Shown: positions 1 to 11,490 of the stretch, one piece after another | Numbering within the stretch: position 1 is the first letter of the stretch | How the letters are laid out: each line of letters begins with the position of its first letter | From: a bacterium | Lineage (GTDB): Bacteria; DUMJ01 | Assembly: GCA_049970495.1 (NCBI GenBank) | Contig: JBMFMV010000002.1 | Location: 24,976-88,975, forward strand | Direction of reading: 5' to 3' | Length of the DNA: 64,000 nucleotides | Notes under the pieces: model-generated | What the model saw: only the letters and a program-made list of their open reading frames with translations | What the model was told of the DNA's origin: nothing | The model's database searches: none | Position numbers and translations under genes: made by a program

Positions 1-141
1 GCCAATATAAGCATGCTGATAACACCTACCCCTATAGTACTTGCATTCTCAGTCTCCGCTGTAGTAGGTATATTCTTTGGTTACTATCCAGCAAAAAGAG
101 CGGCGAATCTAAATCCTATAGATGCATTGAGATATGAATAG
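1..141 (+). CDS. 3' end of MacB/FtsX-like ABC transporter permease (partial)
   Basis: Frame 1 reads ...[34 protein letters not shown], the typical MacB-family C-terminus; not in the ORF track because it runs off the window. Confidence 0.9.
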   Translation, partial: ANISMLITPTPIVLAFSVSAVVGIFFGYYPAKRAANLNPIDALRYE

Positions 142-152
142 GAGGGGTAAAA

Positions 153-701
153 ATGAAAATATACCCAAAAACTATAAGTATAGTTCTCCTGATAACGTTA
201 CTTTTATCTAGTATCGTTTATGCACAACAACAGGGAGTTCCAAGTAGAAGATTTGCAAATCCAGAACTACAACAATTACTAAGGCTCATTCAGGACTTGA
301 ATGAATTAGAGAAAGATAAAAAGCTAGCATTGACCAAAGACCAAGCTAGAAAACTTATTCCCATATTACAAGATCTAATGAGGAAGGAAAGCCTTCCATC
401 TAAAGAGGCAGAGAAGTTTATTGATAAGATAGAGGGTATCCTTACCGATGCACAGATTACATTCTTAGATAAACTACAGATAGAAAGGCAGGAGAGACTT
501 AGACAATTAAAGCAACAACAGCAGAGTCAAGGACAACAGGGTCAGATACCTCCTCGGAATATACCTCCCCGAAATGTAGACAAAGATATGGAAAAGGTTA
601 TCCAAGGTTGGATGCAAGGAAAACCCCTAAATCCTTACTACTACGTAAAATCTTTTAAGGATAGACTCAACGAGTTTATAGAAAGGCTAAAGAAGAAATA
701 A
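153..701 (+). CDS. Secreted helical/Gln-rich protein of unknown function
   Basis: SD GGAGG, signal peptide ending VYA, Gln-rich tract and IPPRN x2 repeat; directly follows the MacB-like gene. Confidence 0.75.
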   Translation: MKIYPKTISIVLLITLLLSSIVYAQQQGVPSRRFANPELQQLLRLIQDLNELEKDKKLALTKDQARKLIPILQDLMRKESLPSKEAEKFIDKIEGILTDAQITFLDKLQIERQERLRQLKQQQQSQGQQGQIPPRNIPPRNVDKDMEKVIQGWMQGKPLNPYYYVKSFKDRLNEFIERLKKK

Positions 702-705
702 ACCT

Positions 706-2445
706 CTACAGTATAAATCCTCTATTTATTTCTTCTAGCTCTCTAGAAACTTCTAAAAGTCTTCCAATATTTGTCTTTATATCTTCTACAGTAGCGGTCA
801 TCTCTTCTACAGCAGCAGAGACCTCTTCAGACGAAGCTGCGTTTTCCTGTGCTATAGCGGCAACACCTTGAATAGCATCAGATATTCTTCTTCCATCATC
901 AACTAAACTGATTATTCCAGAGTTTATCTCTTGCACCATTTGACTTATCCTATGATTAGCCTGAGCTATTTTATTAAATGTCTCAGTCACTTCTGTTCCA
1001 ATTTCTATTTGGGTAGATATAGTCTTTACTGCCTCATCAGTACTCTGCGCTGCTAATGTTATTCTGTTTCTGATTTCATCTATAAATTGAGAAATTCTTT
1101 GGGCACTCTGATTAGACTCTTCTGCCAATTTCCTAACTTCATCAGCTACTACCGCAAAGCCACGACCAGCCTCTCCAGCCCTTGCCGCCTCTATCGCTGC
1201 ATTTAAAGCTAATAGGTTTGTCTGTGAACTTATACTCATTATTGTCTCTACTATACGACCTATTTCTCCAGCAGATTGCTCGAGTTCATTCATTACAGTA
1301 ACAATAGAGTTCGTAGCCTGTGTAGTCCTAGAAAAACCCTTATTGAGTTCGTCTACTACCCTTTGCCCATCTTTAGTCAAATCTACTGCACTCTGAGTAG
1401 TCTTTTCTACTATAGAAACATTTTGAGAAAGTTCTTCTACCTTTTTGCTTATAGTCTCTACAGCGCTAGAAGCAGATGTTACATTGTTTGCAGTTTCTTG
1501 AGCTCCACCGGCAACACCTTGAATTGTACTTGATATTTGCTGCATAGCCATAGACACCTGATCTATACCACTATTTACGCTACTTGCAAGGTTATTTAGC
1601 GCTTCTGAAGATTTTATAGACCTAGATATTATATCTTTTAGACCTCCCAACATCGCATTTACTTCTCTTGCTAACTTACCTATCTCATCATTAGTGATGT
1701 TTTCTATAATCTTTACGTTTAGATTACCCTTAGATATATTGGTTACTATATTAAGTAAACCATCTATCGGCTTTACTATTCCCTCAGCTATTAATATACC
1801 TAGAATAAGTGTAATAGCTAAGACTATAACAAAGATACCAATAAGCACCATAGCTTGACTTCTTAAATATCTTGCCTGCATAGCTGACCATTCTTCAGCA
1901 CCTTTGTCTATTATCTCGCCTATAACATTTAGGTCCTCTCTAGCTATATTAAACTCTTCTTGCCATTTTTTTAACATATCCCCAGAGATGTCCTTTCCTG
2001 ACTTTACTTTTTCAATAATTAAGTCCGATGTTCCTTTCCAAGTGTTTAAATGGCTTCCAAATGCAGAATGTATATCAAAGATATTTCTCCCTGAATCATC
2101 TTTATATACACTCCATCTATCTCTTGACTTACCCATTGTATCTATCGCCTTAGAAGTTCTTTCTACCACCTGTGATAGGTTCGTAGTATAATCATCTAAA
2201 AGATTACTACTCGGATTCTTTGAATAGATTATCTCTTGAAGTGCAGTAAGTGCCTGATAAAGGTCTCTATCTGCATTTAACACTAAAGATATACTGGTAT
2301 AAGCCTCTTTATAGAGAGACTCTATTAAAGTAGAGGTTGTTCTATTCAAAGTAACATAGGAAAAGATTCCAGTTACCAATATTCCTATTATAGGGATGAC
2401 TAAGTTTATAATCAACTTACTCCTAATAGAAATTCTTTTTAACAT
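706..2445 (-). CDS. Methyl-accepting chemotaxis protein (2 TM, HAMP, signalling domain)
   Basis: [35 protein letters not shown] hairpin motif; [12 protein letters not shown]. Confidence 0.97.
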   Translation of the reverse strand: MLKRISIRSKLIINLVIPIIGILVTGIFSYVTLNRTTSTLIESLYKEAYTSISLVLNADRDLYQALTALQEIIYSKNPSSNLLDDYTTNLSQVVERTSKAIDTMGKSRDRWSVYKDDSGRNIFDIHSAFGSHLNTWKGTSDLIIEKVKSGKDISGDMLKKWQEEFNIAREDLNVIGEIIDKGAEEWSAMQARYLRSQAMVLIGIFVIVLAITLILGILIAEGIVKPIDGLLNIVTNISKGNLNVKIIENITNDEIGKLAREVNAMLGGLKDIISRSIKSSEALNNLASSVNSGIDQVSMAMQQISSTIQGVAGGAQETANNVTSASSAVETISKKVEELSQNVSIVEKTTQSAVDLTKDGQRVVDELNKGFSRTTQATNSIVTVMNELEQSAGEIGRIVETIMSISSQTNLLALNAAIEAARAGEAGRGFAVVADEVRKLAEESNQSAQRISQFIDEIRNRITLAAQSTDEAVKTISTQIEIGTEVTETFNKIAQANHRISQMVQEINSGIISLVDDGRRISDAIQGVAAIAQENAASSEEVSAAVEEMTATVEDIKTNIGRLLEVSRELEEINRGFIL

Positions 2446-2463
2446 TTTTCTCTCCCCCTAAAA

Positions 2464-3636
2464 TTATTTAAATTCTCTATGCTTCTCTCTTATTGTATCG
2501 GCAAGTCTATCTAGTAACTTTAGGTCCTCTCTTTTAGGTAGACCCTTAATTAAAACTGGCTCTAAGATTTCCACCTTTGAATTAGTTATCATGCCCTTAA
2601 TTATATCTATACTCTTTCCTCCCCATCCGTAAGAGCCTATTATAGAGACGTATCTTGTCTTTGGTCTTAAGGCATTAAATAAGTAGACCGCATAAACTAC
2701 ATTAGGATGAGGTCCAACTAAGACAGTTGGAGTTCCAACTACAACTGTTCCCGCATCAACTAGACTTATTGCCAATTTGCCTAGGTCAACAGAAGATAGG
2801 TCAAACCTCTCCACTTTTATGTCTCTTTCTGTAAGGACAGAAACAAAATAGTCAACCATAACCTTAGTGCTGTTATGCATAGATACATATGGGATTACTA
2901 CTGTGTTCTTAGGTATATCTGAAGACCAGTCTTTATAAGCCTCTATTATAAAAATGGGATCATTATATATGGGACCATGACTTGGAGCTATTATAGAGAA
3001 ATCTAAGTCTTTAAGTTTCTCTAGATTCTTTTGAATAATATTCCTAAAGGGCATCATTATCTCTGCATAGTATCTCTTAGCAGCCTCATATACCTTTGGC
3101 TTATCTACTGCATATAACTCATTAGTAGCTAGATGTGAACCAAAAAAGTCACAGGTAAATAGAATCTTATCTTCAACTAGATATGTGCACATAGTCTCTG
3201 GCCAGTGTACCCAAGGGGTATATATAAACTTTAACGTCTTATCTCCTAAAGATAGCGACTCCCCATCCTCTACTGTGATGATTCTATCCTCTGGTACATG
3301 TAAGTGGTCAATAAGCATCTCCCTACCTTTTGTAGAGATTATTACTTTAGCTGAGCTATACTTTTCTAATACTGTTGGGATAGAGCCAGAGTGGTCCTGT
3401 TCTACGTGATGGCAGACAACATAGTCAATATCTTTTACATCTTTGAGCTGTTCAAGAAGCACACTAGTCATAGCCGGATCAACTGTATCTAATAAAACAG
3501 TCTTCTCTGTTCCTTCAATCAGGTAGGCATTATAACTTGTCCCATCTGGCAAAGGGATTAATGCATCAAAAAGCCTCCTATCCCAATCTATAGCTCCTAA
3601 AAAATAGACTTTATCTTTTATCAACCTAGATTTCAT
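2464..3636 (-). CDS. fprA: FprA-family flavodiiron protein
   Basis: GTSYNAYLI, HVEQDHSG, PWVHWPE, APSHG motifs plus flavodoxin C-domain; start moved to ATG 3636 after GGAGGG. Confidence 0.92.
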   Translation of the reverse strand: MKSRLIKDKVYFLGAIDWDRRLFDALIPLPDGTSYNAYLIEGTEKTVLLDTVDPAMTSVLLEQLKDVKDIDYVVCHHVEQDHSGSIPTVLEKYSSAKVIISTKGREMLIDHLHVPEDRIITVEDGESLSLGDKTLKFIYTPWVHWPETMCTYLVEDKILFTCDFFGSHLATNELYAVDKPKVYEAAKRYYAEIMMPFRNIIQKNLEKLKDLDFSIIAPSHGPIYNDPIFIIEAYKDWSSDIPKNTVVIPYVSMHNSTKVMVDYFVSVLTERDIKVERFDLSSVDLGKLAISLVDAGTVVVGTPTVLVGPHPNVVYAVYLFNALRPKTRYVSIIGSYGWGGKSIDIIKGMITNSKVEILEPVLIKGLPKREDLKLLDRLADTIREKHREFK

Positions 3637-3660
3637 AAATCTCCCTCCTAACAAACAATA

Positions 3661-4485
3661 CTATCTTAATCTTGGGTCTAGAAAATCTCTTAAACCATCA
3701 CCAAGGATATTAAAACCTAATACGCTTAGGAGTATAGCTATGCCTGGAAAGGTCACTGTCCAAGGAGCAGAGATTATAAAACTCCTTGCCTGACTTAGCA
3801 TAGCTCCCCATTCTGGAGTTGGAGGTTGGGCACCCATTCCCAAAAACCCCAAGCCAGCAGCACTTAGGATAGAACCACCATAACTAAGTGATGCCTGAAC
3901 AGTAATTGGACCTATTATGTTCGGAAGTATATGCTTGAGTATAATCTTAAGGTTAGACTGACCTAATGCATAAGCAGCCATTACATACTCCTGCTCCTTG
4001 ATAACCAGAGCAGAAGCCCTTACTATCCTAGCAAATGTTGGTATATTAACTATACCAACAGCTATCATCGCATTCTTTAGATCTGGACCTAATGCGGCCA
4101 TAATGGCTATGGCAAGCAGAATCGTTGGAAAGGCCAACATAACATCAAATAGCCTCATAAGTAAGGTATCTATAATACCTCCATAGTAAGCAGAAATTAA
4201 TCCAGCAGAGGCTCCTACACCTAAAGCTAGAGCTACAGAAATTATCCCAATAGCAAGTGAAATCCTAGCACCATAAATAATTCTAGAGAGGATATCTCTA
4301 CCCAAATCATCCGTACCAAAAAGATGTTTCTTTGATGGTGGTTGAAGCCTATCATAAAGACTCTGTTCGTAAGGGTCATAAGGGGCGATAAAATCGGCAA
4401 GGATTGCTATAAAGACAAAGAATAAAATTATTAAGAAGCCAACTAGCGCTGCTTTATTCTTAAATACTTTGAAGACTTTCTTCAT
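3661..4485 (-). CDS. dppC: Dipeptide/oligopeptide ABC permease (DppC-like)
   Basis: FGTDDLGRDILSRIIYGAR, PPTPEWG, LRDFLDPR. Confidence 0.92.
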   Translation of the reverse strand: MKKVFKVFKNKAALVGFLIILFFVFIAILADFIAPYDPYEQSLYDRLQPPSKKHLFGTDDLGRDILSRIIYGARISLAIGIISVALALGVGASAGLISAYYGGIIDTLLMRLFDVMLAFPTILLAIAIMAALGPDLKNAMIAVGIVNIPTFARIVRASALVIKEQEYVMAAYALGQSNLKIILKHILPNIIGPITVQASLSYGGSILSAAGLGFLGMGAQPPTPEWGAMLSQARSFIISAPWTVTFPGIAILLSVLGFNILGDGLRDFLDPRLR

Positions 4486-4496
4486 ATCTTGTCCCC

Positions 4497-5501
4497 CTAA
4501 TCATATCTTATCCTTGGGTCTATAAATGCGTATAGTATATCAACTAATAGATTTATAAATACAAAGATAAGGGCAAAGAATATTATGCAACCCTGAATAA
4601 CCGGATAGTCTCTGGCATTTATAGCCTCCACCGAGAGTCTCCCAATACCAGGCCAGGCAAATATAGTCTCGGTAAGAACTGCACCACCAAGAAGACCTCC
4701 GAATTGAAGTCCTATTACAGTCACTACTGGTATCAGGGCATTTCTCAACGCATGAACATATATAACCTTTCTAGCAGGTAGACCCTTAGCCCTTGCAGTT
4801 CTTATAAAATCTTGATTTAAGACCTCTAACATACTAGAACGGGTCATTCTAGCTATAGAGGCCATAGGGATTGTCCCTAGACATACCGCAGGCAAAATTA
4901 TATGGTATATAGCATTCTTAAAGACACCGAAGTTACCTCTTAATAGAGACTCAAGAATTATAAGTCCACTTTTTGCCTTAAATGTTATCGTGGGGTCAAG
5001 CCTTCCTGAAATAGGAAGTATATGTAACTTTATAGAAAATATAATAATAGCTATCAAACCAAGCCAGAAGATAGGCATAGATATACCTGTTACCGATATT
5101 ACTGTAGTAATGTAATCTATAATAGAGTTTCTGTGGGTAGCAGCAGTAACACCTAAGACTAAACCAACTACTGAACCAAATATCATACTACATAAAGTAA
5201 GCTCTAACGTAGCAGGAAAATACTTAAAGATCTCTATCCTTACTAATTCATTAGTCAAAAATGATCTACCTAAGTCTCCTCTAGCCATATTGTAGAGAAA
5301 GTAAAAAAACTGAATAACTTTAGGTTTATCTAAGCCTAGTTGTGTCCGAACTTTTTCAACAGACTCTTCATTAGAATGTTCTCCAAGAAGAATTAATGCT
5401 GGATCCCCCGGAATTGACCTTATAAGAAAGAATACAACTGCACTTACCCCTATGATTACCGGTATCAGTATAAGAAGTCTTCTAATTATATACCTATACA
5501 A
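4497..5501 (-). CDS. dppB: Dipeptide/oligopeptide ABC permease (DppB-like)
   Basis: IPGDPA, RTARAKGL, ETIFAWPGIG, DPRIRY. Confidence 0.92.
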   Translation of the reverse strand: MYRYIIRRLLILIPVIIGVSAVVFFLIRSIPGDPALILLGEHSNEESVEKVRTQLGLDKPKVIQFFYFLYNMARGDLGRSFLTNELVRIEIFKYFPATLELTLCSMIFGSVVGLVLGVTAATHRNSIIDYITTVISVTGISMPIFWLGLIAIIIFSIKLHILPISGRLDPTITFKAKSGLIILESLLRGNFGVFKNAIYHIILPAVCLGTIPMASIARMTRSSMLEVLNQDFIRTARAKGLPARKVIYVHALRNALIPVVTVIGLQFGGLLGGAVLTETIFAWPGIGRLSVEAINARDYPVIQGCIIFFALIFVFINLLVDILYAFIDPRIRYD

Positions 5502-5525
5502 AAGCCAACCTCCTTAAAACTATAA

Positions 5526-5554
5526 GGGGAGTGAGTCTGATAAACCCACTCCCC
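5526..5554 (-). terminator. Intergenic hairpin between dppA and dppB (partial terminator or mRNA stabiliser)
   Basis: GGGGAGTGAGT...ACCCACTCCCC inverted repeat just after the dppA stop. Confidence 0.6.
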
Positions 5555-5568
5555 GATACTATCTTTAA

Positions 5569-7137
5569 TTACTTATCTAGCCATACTTTTGTAAACTTTA
5601 TAGCACCTATGGCAGGAATAGCAAAGTTCTTTACATACTTTCTTGTAGCTGCTACTGCACTTGTATGGGCTATCGTTACCCAAGGGGCATCCTCTTTTAT
5701 TATAATCTGAGCAGCCTCGTAGAGTCTCTTTCTTGCCGGTACAGAAGTTGTCTGCTGTGCCTTTATAAGTAAATCATGAAGTTTGTCATTCTTGTAGAAA
5801 GCTATATTACTAGCCACACCCTTCTTTGCATTATCTTTATCAAGCAATACATAGATAGTGTTGTCTGGGTCACCGTTATCGGAACCCCAACCAAGTATAG
5901 CCATCTCATGTTCACCATTTCTTGTCTTCTGCAGATATGTAGCCCAGTCAAAGGTAACTATCTTAGCTTTAATCCCTACCTTTGCTAGATCTGCCTGAAT
6001 GGCTTCTGCTACCTTTGTCGGCTGAGGAATATATCCTCTAGGTATCGGAGGAGTCCATAGGGTAGTCTCAAACCCATTCGGATATCCAGCCTTTGCTAAT
6101 AGCTGTTTTGCCTTTTCTGGATCGTATTCATAATCTTTTACCTTATCGTTATACCCCATCATATTTGGTGGGATTGGATTCTTAGCCACTATCCCTATAC
6201 CTTTATAAAATGCATCTACTATAGCCTTTTTATTAATCGCATGGTTTATAGCCCTTCTTACCAAGACATTATCAAAGGGCTTCTTCTCTACATTCATAGC
6301 TAGATAGCATATATTTAATGCGGGAACTTGATAGAAGTTTATGTTTGGGTCAGCCTTTATCGCAGGTATATCGTCTGGGTTTATTCCATCCATCGCATCT
6401 ATTGTTCCCCTTTGAAGCTCTAACCAACGAACAGAGTTGTCTGGTATTACTCTAAAGATAAGTTTGTCTAGATATGGTCTTCCACCCCAGTAGTCAGGAT
6501 TTGCCTCAAGAACTATCTTATCCTTCGGAACCCATTCCACAAACCTAAACGGACCTGTTCCTACAGGATTCTTAAAGAAGTCTGCTCCATACTTCTTAAC
6601 AGCGGTAGGACTTACTATAGCGCAGGAGAACATTGCTAGGTTAGCCAAGAAGGGGGCAAATGGATACTTAAGTATAAACCTTACAGTATAGTCATCTACA
6701 ATCTCCACCTTCTCTAAAGGTTCTAGTGCAAACTCTGCATACTCCCACTTCCCATACTTGTAGTATGGATGGTTCTTGTCAAACTGACGGTCAAAACTAA
6801 ATTTTACAGCTTCTGCATTAAATGGAGTTCCATCATGAAATTTTACACCCTTTCTAAGCTTGAATGTCCATACCTTTCCATCTTTAGAGACAGTCCAACT
6901 TGTTGCCAACACTGGAACTATATCAGTTGTCTCTCCCTTAAATCCAACTAACCCCTCAAAGATAATCTCTGTTACTCTGGTAGACTCACCGTCTGTTATA
7001 TCTGCAGGGTCTAATCCTACAGAATCCCCACCTCTACCAAAGATTAATGTTCCACCATACTTTGGAGTCTCTGCCCCGAATGCCAGCGAGCTAAATAAAA
7101 GGAAAACTGCTAGTATTACCCCTATAAACCTTTTCAT
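5569..7137 (-). CDS. dppA: Dipeptide-binding protein DppA (family 5 SBP)
   Basis: Signal peptide, FKLRKGVKFHDGTPFNAEAVKFSF, PVGTGPF, GWGSDNGDPDN. Confidence 0.93.
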   Translation of the reverse strand: MKRFIGVILAVFLLFSSLAFGAETPKYGGTLIFGRGGDSVGLDPADITDGESTRVTEIIFEGLVGFKGETTDIVPVLATSWTVSKDGKVWTFKLRKGVKFHDGTPFNAEAVKFSFDRQFDKNHPYYKYGKWEYAEFALEPLEKVEIVDDYTVRFILKYPFAPFLANLAMFSCAIVSPTAVKKYGADFFKNPVGTGPFRFVEWVPKDKIVLEANPDYWGGRPYLDKLIFRVIPDNSVRWLELQRGTIDAMDGINPDDIPAIKADPNINFYQVPALNICYLAMNVEKKPFDNVLVRRAINHAINKKAIVDAFYKGIGIVAKNPIPPNMMGYNDKVKDYEYDPEKAKQLLAKAGYPNGFETTLWTPPIPRGYIPQPTKVAEAIQADLAKVGIKAKIVTFDWATYLQKTRNGEHEMAILGWGSDNGDPDNTIYVLLDKDNAKKGVASNIAFYKNDKLHDLLIKAQQTTSVPARKRLYEAAQIIIKEDAPWVTIAHTSAVAATRKYVKNFAIPAIGAIKFTKVWLDK

Positions 7138-7167
7138 CTTTTCACCTCCAGGGATTAAAATTTATTA

Positions 7168-7196
7168 AATAATAACATCTCATAGCTATAAGTCAA
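7168..7196 (-). promoter_or_regulatory. Sigma70-type promoter for dppA
   Basis: Minus strand TTGACT-17-TATTAT with extended TG. Confidence 0.6.
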
Positions 7197-7201
7197 TATA
7201 C

Positions 7202-8533
7202 CTACACTTTAAAGTGTTTAAATTGAGGCAGATACTCTTTGTTTGCCTCAAACATTTCATTTACCATATCCCTTATTTCAGCTAAACTGAGCACCGCTGA
7301 AGTTAATGGGTCATAACATACTGCGTGAAATACCTTCATCGGGTCTCCAGTTAATGAGCCTTCTACAGCTAACTCTTCACACATAGAATTTATATAGTTT
7401 AAGATTGCTATCTGCGGAGGTAGAGAACCAACCTTTATTGGACTAAAACCTCTCTTTGATGCTACTATAGGGACCTCTACACATGCCCCATATGGTAGAT
7501 TATCTATAAGTCCAAAATTTCTTACATTACCATTAAATTCAAACATTGTTCCATCGCCTATTATTGCGTTAAATATGTACGCTGCATACTCTTTACCTCT
7601 TTTTAGCTCCACTGGTGCATACTCCAACCAGTACTTTACATCATCTTTCCACGTATCCTCTCTAGCCAGATACTCTTTTAGAATATAGGCATATTCTCCT
7701 GGATTCCATCCTGTCCCGTGGGTGCAGTACTTCTCTATTAAATCTGGTCTCTTCCTGAACCAAGCATTGTACTCTGAGTTATGCCCACTTGACTCTGTTA
7801 CATAGTATCCTAGATGCAAAAACATCTCGTTCCTTACCTGTTCTTCATTGTATATCTCTGGTCTAGTAGTTACCGCCTCTCTTATTAACGGATATGCATC
7901 CTTTCCCTTCCATTTAAACTCTAAAAACCATGCTTGATGGTTTATCCCTGCACAGAAATACGTTATCTCTTCCATCGGCGCTCCTATCCATCTTGCTAGC
8001 ATCTCCGCTGTACCCTGTACACTATGACATAACCCTACCACATTTACCTTGCTTACAGTCTGCATAGCCCTACATAACATTGCCATAGGGTTTGTATAGT
8101 TTAGAAACACTGCATTCGGGGCATACTTCTCTATATCTCTGCATATATCTAACATTACCGGAATAGTCCTTAATGCCCTGAATATGCCTGCCGGACCCCT
8201 TGTATCCCCTACATTGATGTCTACACCATACTTCTTTGGTATCTCTATATCTTTCCTCCATACATTCACACTGTGAGCTAAGATTGTGCATACTACACCA
8301 TCTGCTCCCTCCAATGCCTCTATTCTATTCATTGTCGCCTGTATCTTTGCAGGATAATTCCCTGCCTTTATTATCTTTTCTACCGCAGTCTTAGCAAAGT
8401 TCAATCTCTCTTCATCTATATCCATTAGTGCTAGTGTTGCGTCTTGAAATGCTGGAAATGTGAGTAGATCTCTTACCAACGCTCTTGTAAAACCTAGACT
8501 CCCTGCACCTATAAATGTAATTTTTTTAGACAT
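7202..8533 (-). CDS. melA: GH4 alpha-galactosidase/alpha-glucosidase (MelA-like)
   Basis: [37 protein letters not shown]. Confidence 0.88.
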   Translation of the reverse strand: MSKKITFIGAGSLGFTRALVRDLLTFPAFQDATLALMDIDEERLNFAKTAVEKIIKAGNYPAKIQATMNRIEALEGADGVVCTILAHSVNVWRKDIEIPKKYGVDINVGDTRGPAGIFRALRTIPVMLDICRDIEKYAPNAVFLNYTNPMAMLCRAMQTVSKVNVVGLCHSVQGTAEMLARWIGAPMEEITYFCAGINHQAWFLEFKWKGKDAYPLIREAVTTRPEIYNEEQVRNEMFLHLGYYVTESSGHNSEYNAWFRKRPDLIEKYCTHGTGWNPGEYAYILKEYLAREDTWKDDVKYWLEYAPVELKRGKEYAAYIFNAIIGDGTMFEFNGNVRNFGLIDNLPYGACVEVPIVASKRGFSPIKVGSLPPQIAILNYINSMCEELAVEGSLTGDPMKVFHAVCYDPLTSAVLSLAEIRDMVNEMFEANKEYLPQFKHFKV

Positions 8534-8582
8534 AGAATCACTCCCTTCCTTAAACTGTTTCTTGGATTATACCATAAAATAC

Positions 8583-9062
8583 TTAAGATATACACAATCT
8601 CTTTATAAGTCTAGCAATACGTCTACCATACTCCTTACATGACCCTAATAATCTTTCATCTGGATTACCTACTGAAACAGGGCCATAGTGGTCTCCACCA
8701 GGGTTGCCTTGGATAATCATCCCATGGACTAGTAAAGCTTCTATTATCGAAATTAGAGTAGTCTCATTACCTCCAGCAATACCTCCAGAAGATGTAAAAG
8801 CTCCACCTACTTTACCTTCTAATTTACCATGAAACTTTACACTCTCATCTAACAACTTTTTAATCTCACCTGCAGGTAGGCCATAGTAAGTTGGAGAACC
8901 TAATATTATACCATCATACTCAAGGAGCTCTTCTACCTTTGTCTCTTTTACATCCTTTACTACTACATCAACCCCTTCCTCCCTCATCCCGTCTTCTATA
9001 CTTAGAGCCATCTTTTTAGTATTTCCTGTTCTTGAATAATAAACTATAAGCACTTTAGCCAT
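8583..9062 (-). CDS. Flavodoxin / WrbA-like NAD(P)H oxidoreductase
   Basis: YYSRTGNT, GSPTYYG, GGNETT. Confidence 0.9.
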   Translation of the reverse strand: MAKVLIVYYSRTGNTKKMALSIEDGMREEGVDVVVKDVKETKVEELLEYDGIILGSPTYYGLPAGEIKKLLDESVKFHGKLEGKVGGAFTSSGGIAGGNETTLISIIEALLVHGMIIQGNPGGDHYGPVSVGNPDERLLGSCKEYGRRIARLIKRLCIS

Positions 9063-9148
9063 AACTCTTAACTCCTCCTATCCAAAAATTTTATGATATA
9101 ATTCTAACTTGAAATCCCTAAAAAAATCTATATAACGGAGGCAGAGAA

Positions 9149-10171
9149 GTGGAAGGTAAAGTAAGGGTTGCACTGATTGGCTGTGGAAGAGTAGCGGGGG
9201 TCCATGCACAGGCATTAAAGAGGTTGCAAGAGACAGAATTAAAAGCCGTAGTAGATATAGTGGAAGAAAAAGCAAGATTTTTTAGCGAGACTTACGAAGT
9301 AAAAGACTGGTATACTGATTATCACAAGGTACTAGAGAGAGATGATATAGACGCAGTAGAGATCTGTCTTCCTCACTATCTACATGCCGAGGTAGCCATA
9401 AAGGCTATGAGGTCTGGTAAGCATGTACTTACTGAAAAACCTATGGCAATAACACTAGAGGATGCAGATAAAATGATAGCTACTGCTGATGAATGCAAAG
9501 TAAAACTTGGTGTAATCTTTCAGAATAGATATAATGATGCATCTATCGCGGTAAAAAAAGCCATAACATCTGGACAATTAGGAGAGATAAAAGGAGCAAG
9601 GATGATGCTTACATGGCATCGTCCTGACAGCTATTATAGAGAGAGTGATTGGAAGGGGACATGGGACAAAGAAGGAGGAGGAGTCCTTATAGATCAGGCT
9701 ATTCATACTATAGACCTTATGCAGTGGCTTATAGGAACAGAAATAGACTATATAAGAGCCACTTATGACACAAGAGCTCATAGTTATATAGATGTAGATG
9801 ATGTAGCGGAGGCTTATATAAAATTTAAACCAGATATAGTAGGATGTGTCTATGCAAATTGCTTCTATCCCTATGATGCTCCTGTGTTCTTAGAGATATA
9901 TGGAACTAAGGGTATCGCTCATATTATTGGAGACAAGGCAACTATTTATCTAGGCAATACAACAATACAGGTAGAACAATCTAGTAATCCAGGAAGTGGA
10001 CTTAGGTATTGGGGTTCAAGCCATGAAAGACAGATAAAAGACTTCTATAAGGATGTGCTATTAGGGAGAACCCCCTTTATAGATGGAAGAGCGGGTAGAG
10101 TTGCTCTGGCTATGGTTTTGGCTATGTACGAATCTAGTAGAACTGGTAAACCAGTAAAATTTCCTTACTGA
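9149..10171 (+). CDS. Gfo/Idh/MocA oxidoreductase
   Basis: GCGRVA, HVLTEKP, GGGVLIDQAIH. Confidence 0.93.
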   Translation: MEGKVRVALIGCGRVAGVHAQALKRLQETELKAVVDIVEEKARFFSETYEVKDWYTDYHKVLERDDIDAVEICLPHYLHAEVAIKAMRSGKHVLTEKPMAITLEDADKMIATADECKVKLGVIFQNRYNDASIAVKKAITSGQLGEIKGARMMLTWHRPDSYYRESDWKGTWDKEGGGVLIDQAIHTIDLMQWLIGTEIDYIRATYDTRAHSYIDVDDVAEAYIKFKPDIVGCVYANCFYPYDAPVFLEIYGTKGIAHIIGDKATIYLGNTTIQVEQSSNPGSGLRYWGSSHERQIKDFYKDVLLGRTPFIDGRAGRVALAMVLAMYESSRTGKPVKFPY

Positions 10172-10172
10172 G

Positions 10173-10628
10173 ATGAGCCCTTATCTAACTACTTTCTTTT
10201 TGGCAATGACACCAGTGGGAGAACTTAGGGCGTCTCTCCCACTGGCTTTATTAGTGTATAAGATGCCAATAGGAGTAGCGTTTCTTGTCTCCTATATCGG
10301 TAATATAATCCCTCCAATACTCATTATCCTCCTCTTAGGAAAGATTTCTGAGCTTATAAGTAAGAAATTTACTTTTGCAAAGCACTTTTTTGACTGGGTC
10401 TTTAAGTATACACGCTCCAAGAGTAACCTAATAGAAAGATATGGGACTTTAGGATTAATAGTTTTTATTGCTATACCTCTTCCCCTGACTGGAGCATGGA
10501 CAGGTTCGATTGCCTCATTCTTATTGGGCATGAACCCCATTAAGTCAATTCTTTCTGTATTGGTGGGGGTATTTATTGCTGGAGTTATTGTAACTTTAAG
10601 TACTCTAGGGATGTTATCACTATTTTAG
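10173..10628 (+). CDS. Small multidrug export-like membrane protein (COG2426)
   Basis: PVGELRASLP and AIPLPLTGAWTG motifs. Confidence 0.85.
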   Translation: MSPYLTTFFLAMTPVGELRASLPLALLVYKMPIGVAFLVSYIGNIIPPILIILLLGKISELISKKFTFAKHFFDWVFKYTRSKSNLIERYGTLGLIVFIAIPLPLTGAWTGSIASFLLGMNPIKSILSVLVGVFIAGVIVTLSTLGMLSLF

Positions 10629-10637
10629 AGGGTTAAG

Positions 10638-11462
10638 GTGGGACTCTGTTTAGGTGCACATCTATTTACATCTAAGGGGATTTCTAAAACCATAGAAGAA
10701 GTTTATAGATTAGAACTCTGTACATTCCAAATATTCTCAAGGAATCCTAGAAGTCTAAGAGATACAAAAAGATTGGAGAAGATAGAGATACCCTTTAAGA
10801 TGTTTTTCTTACACGGTCCATACCTCCTAAATCTAGCCAGCCCTGAAGAAAGTATATATGATAGCTCCAAACAAGCTTTACTAGAGGACCTCTTATGGGG
10901 AGACTCAATAGGAGCTATTGGAATAGTAGTACATCCTGGTAGTCATAGAGGAAGTGGTAGGGAAACAGGACTTTATAGAATTTTATACACCCTAGAAGAG
11001 ATTATAAGTAGGACTAATACTAAGTGTAAGATCATAATAGAAAATACATCTGGTTCGGGGACAGAATTAGGTTCTATCCCAGAAGATTTTGAGCTTATAA
11101 TAGACGGATTACAGGATAAGACAAGGATTGGAATCTGCCTAGATACCTGTCATCTCTTCTCGGCAGGGTTTGATATAAGGACGAAAGAAGCTATAGAAGA
11201 AACATTTGACAAGTGGTTTTCATTTATAGACCCCTCTTATATTATGCTATTTCATACAAATGACTCCAAAGGCTTATTGGGATCTCATCTAGATAGACAT
11301 GCACACATAGGGGAAGGAGAGATAGGGGAAGAGGGATTTAAGAATCTATTATCCTTTGAGATATTTAGAAGTAAGCCCCTAATAATAGAAACGCCAAAAG
11401 AACCTGCCGGGTCCGATGAGAAAAATCTCAAGAAGCTAAGAGACTTAGCAGGAACTTGTTAA
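10638..11462 (+). CDS. nfo: Endonuclease IV
   Basis: HGPYLLNLAS, HPGS, CLDTCHLF, HTNDSK, DRHAHIGEG, IETP. Confidence 0.93.
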   Translation: MGLCLGAHLFTSKGISKTIEEVYRLELCTFQIFSRNPRSLRDTKRLEKIEIPFKMFFLHGPYLLNLASPEESIYDSSKQALLEDLLWGDSIGAIGIVVHPGSHRGSGRETGLYRILYTLEEIISRTNTKCKIIIENTSGSGTELGSIPEDFELIIDGLQDKTRIGICLDTCHLFSAGFDIRTKEAIEETFDKWFSFIDPSYIMLFHTNDSKGLLGSHLDRHAHIGEGEIGEEGFKNLLSFEIFRSKPLIIETPKEPAGSDEKNLKKLRDLAGTC

Positions 11463-11490
11463 TGGATAGATTAAGATGAGCTATACATGA

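Noticed and set aside
546..575. 15-nt tandem duplication (IPPRN x2)
   Set aside because: Two degenerate copies in a low-complexity linker; no sign of function
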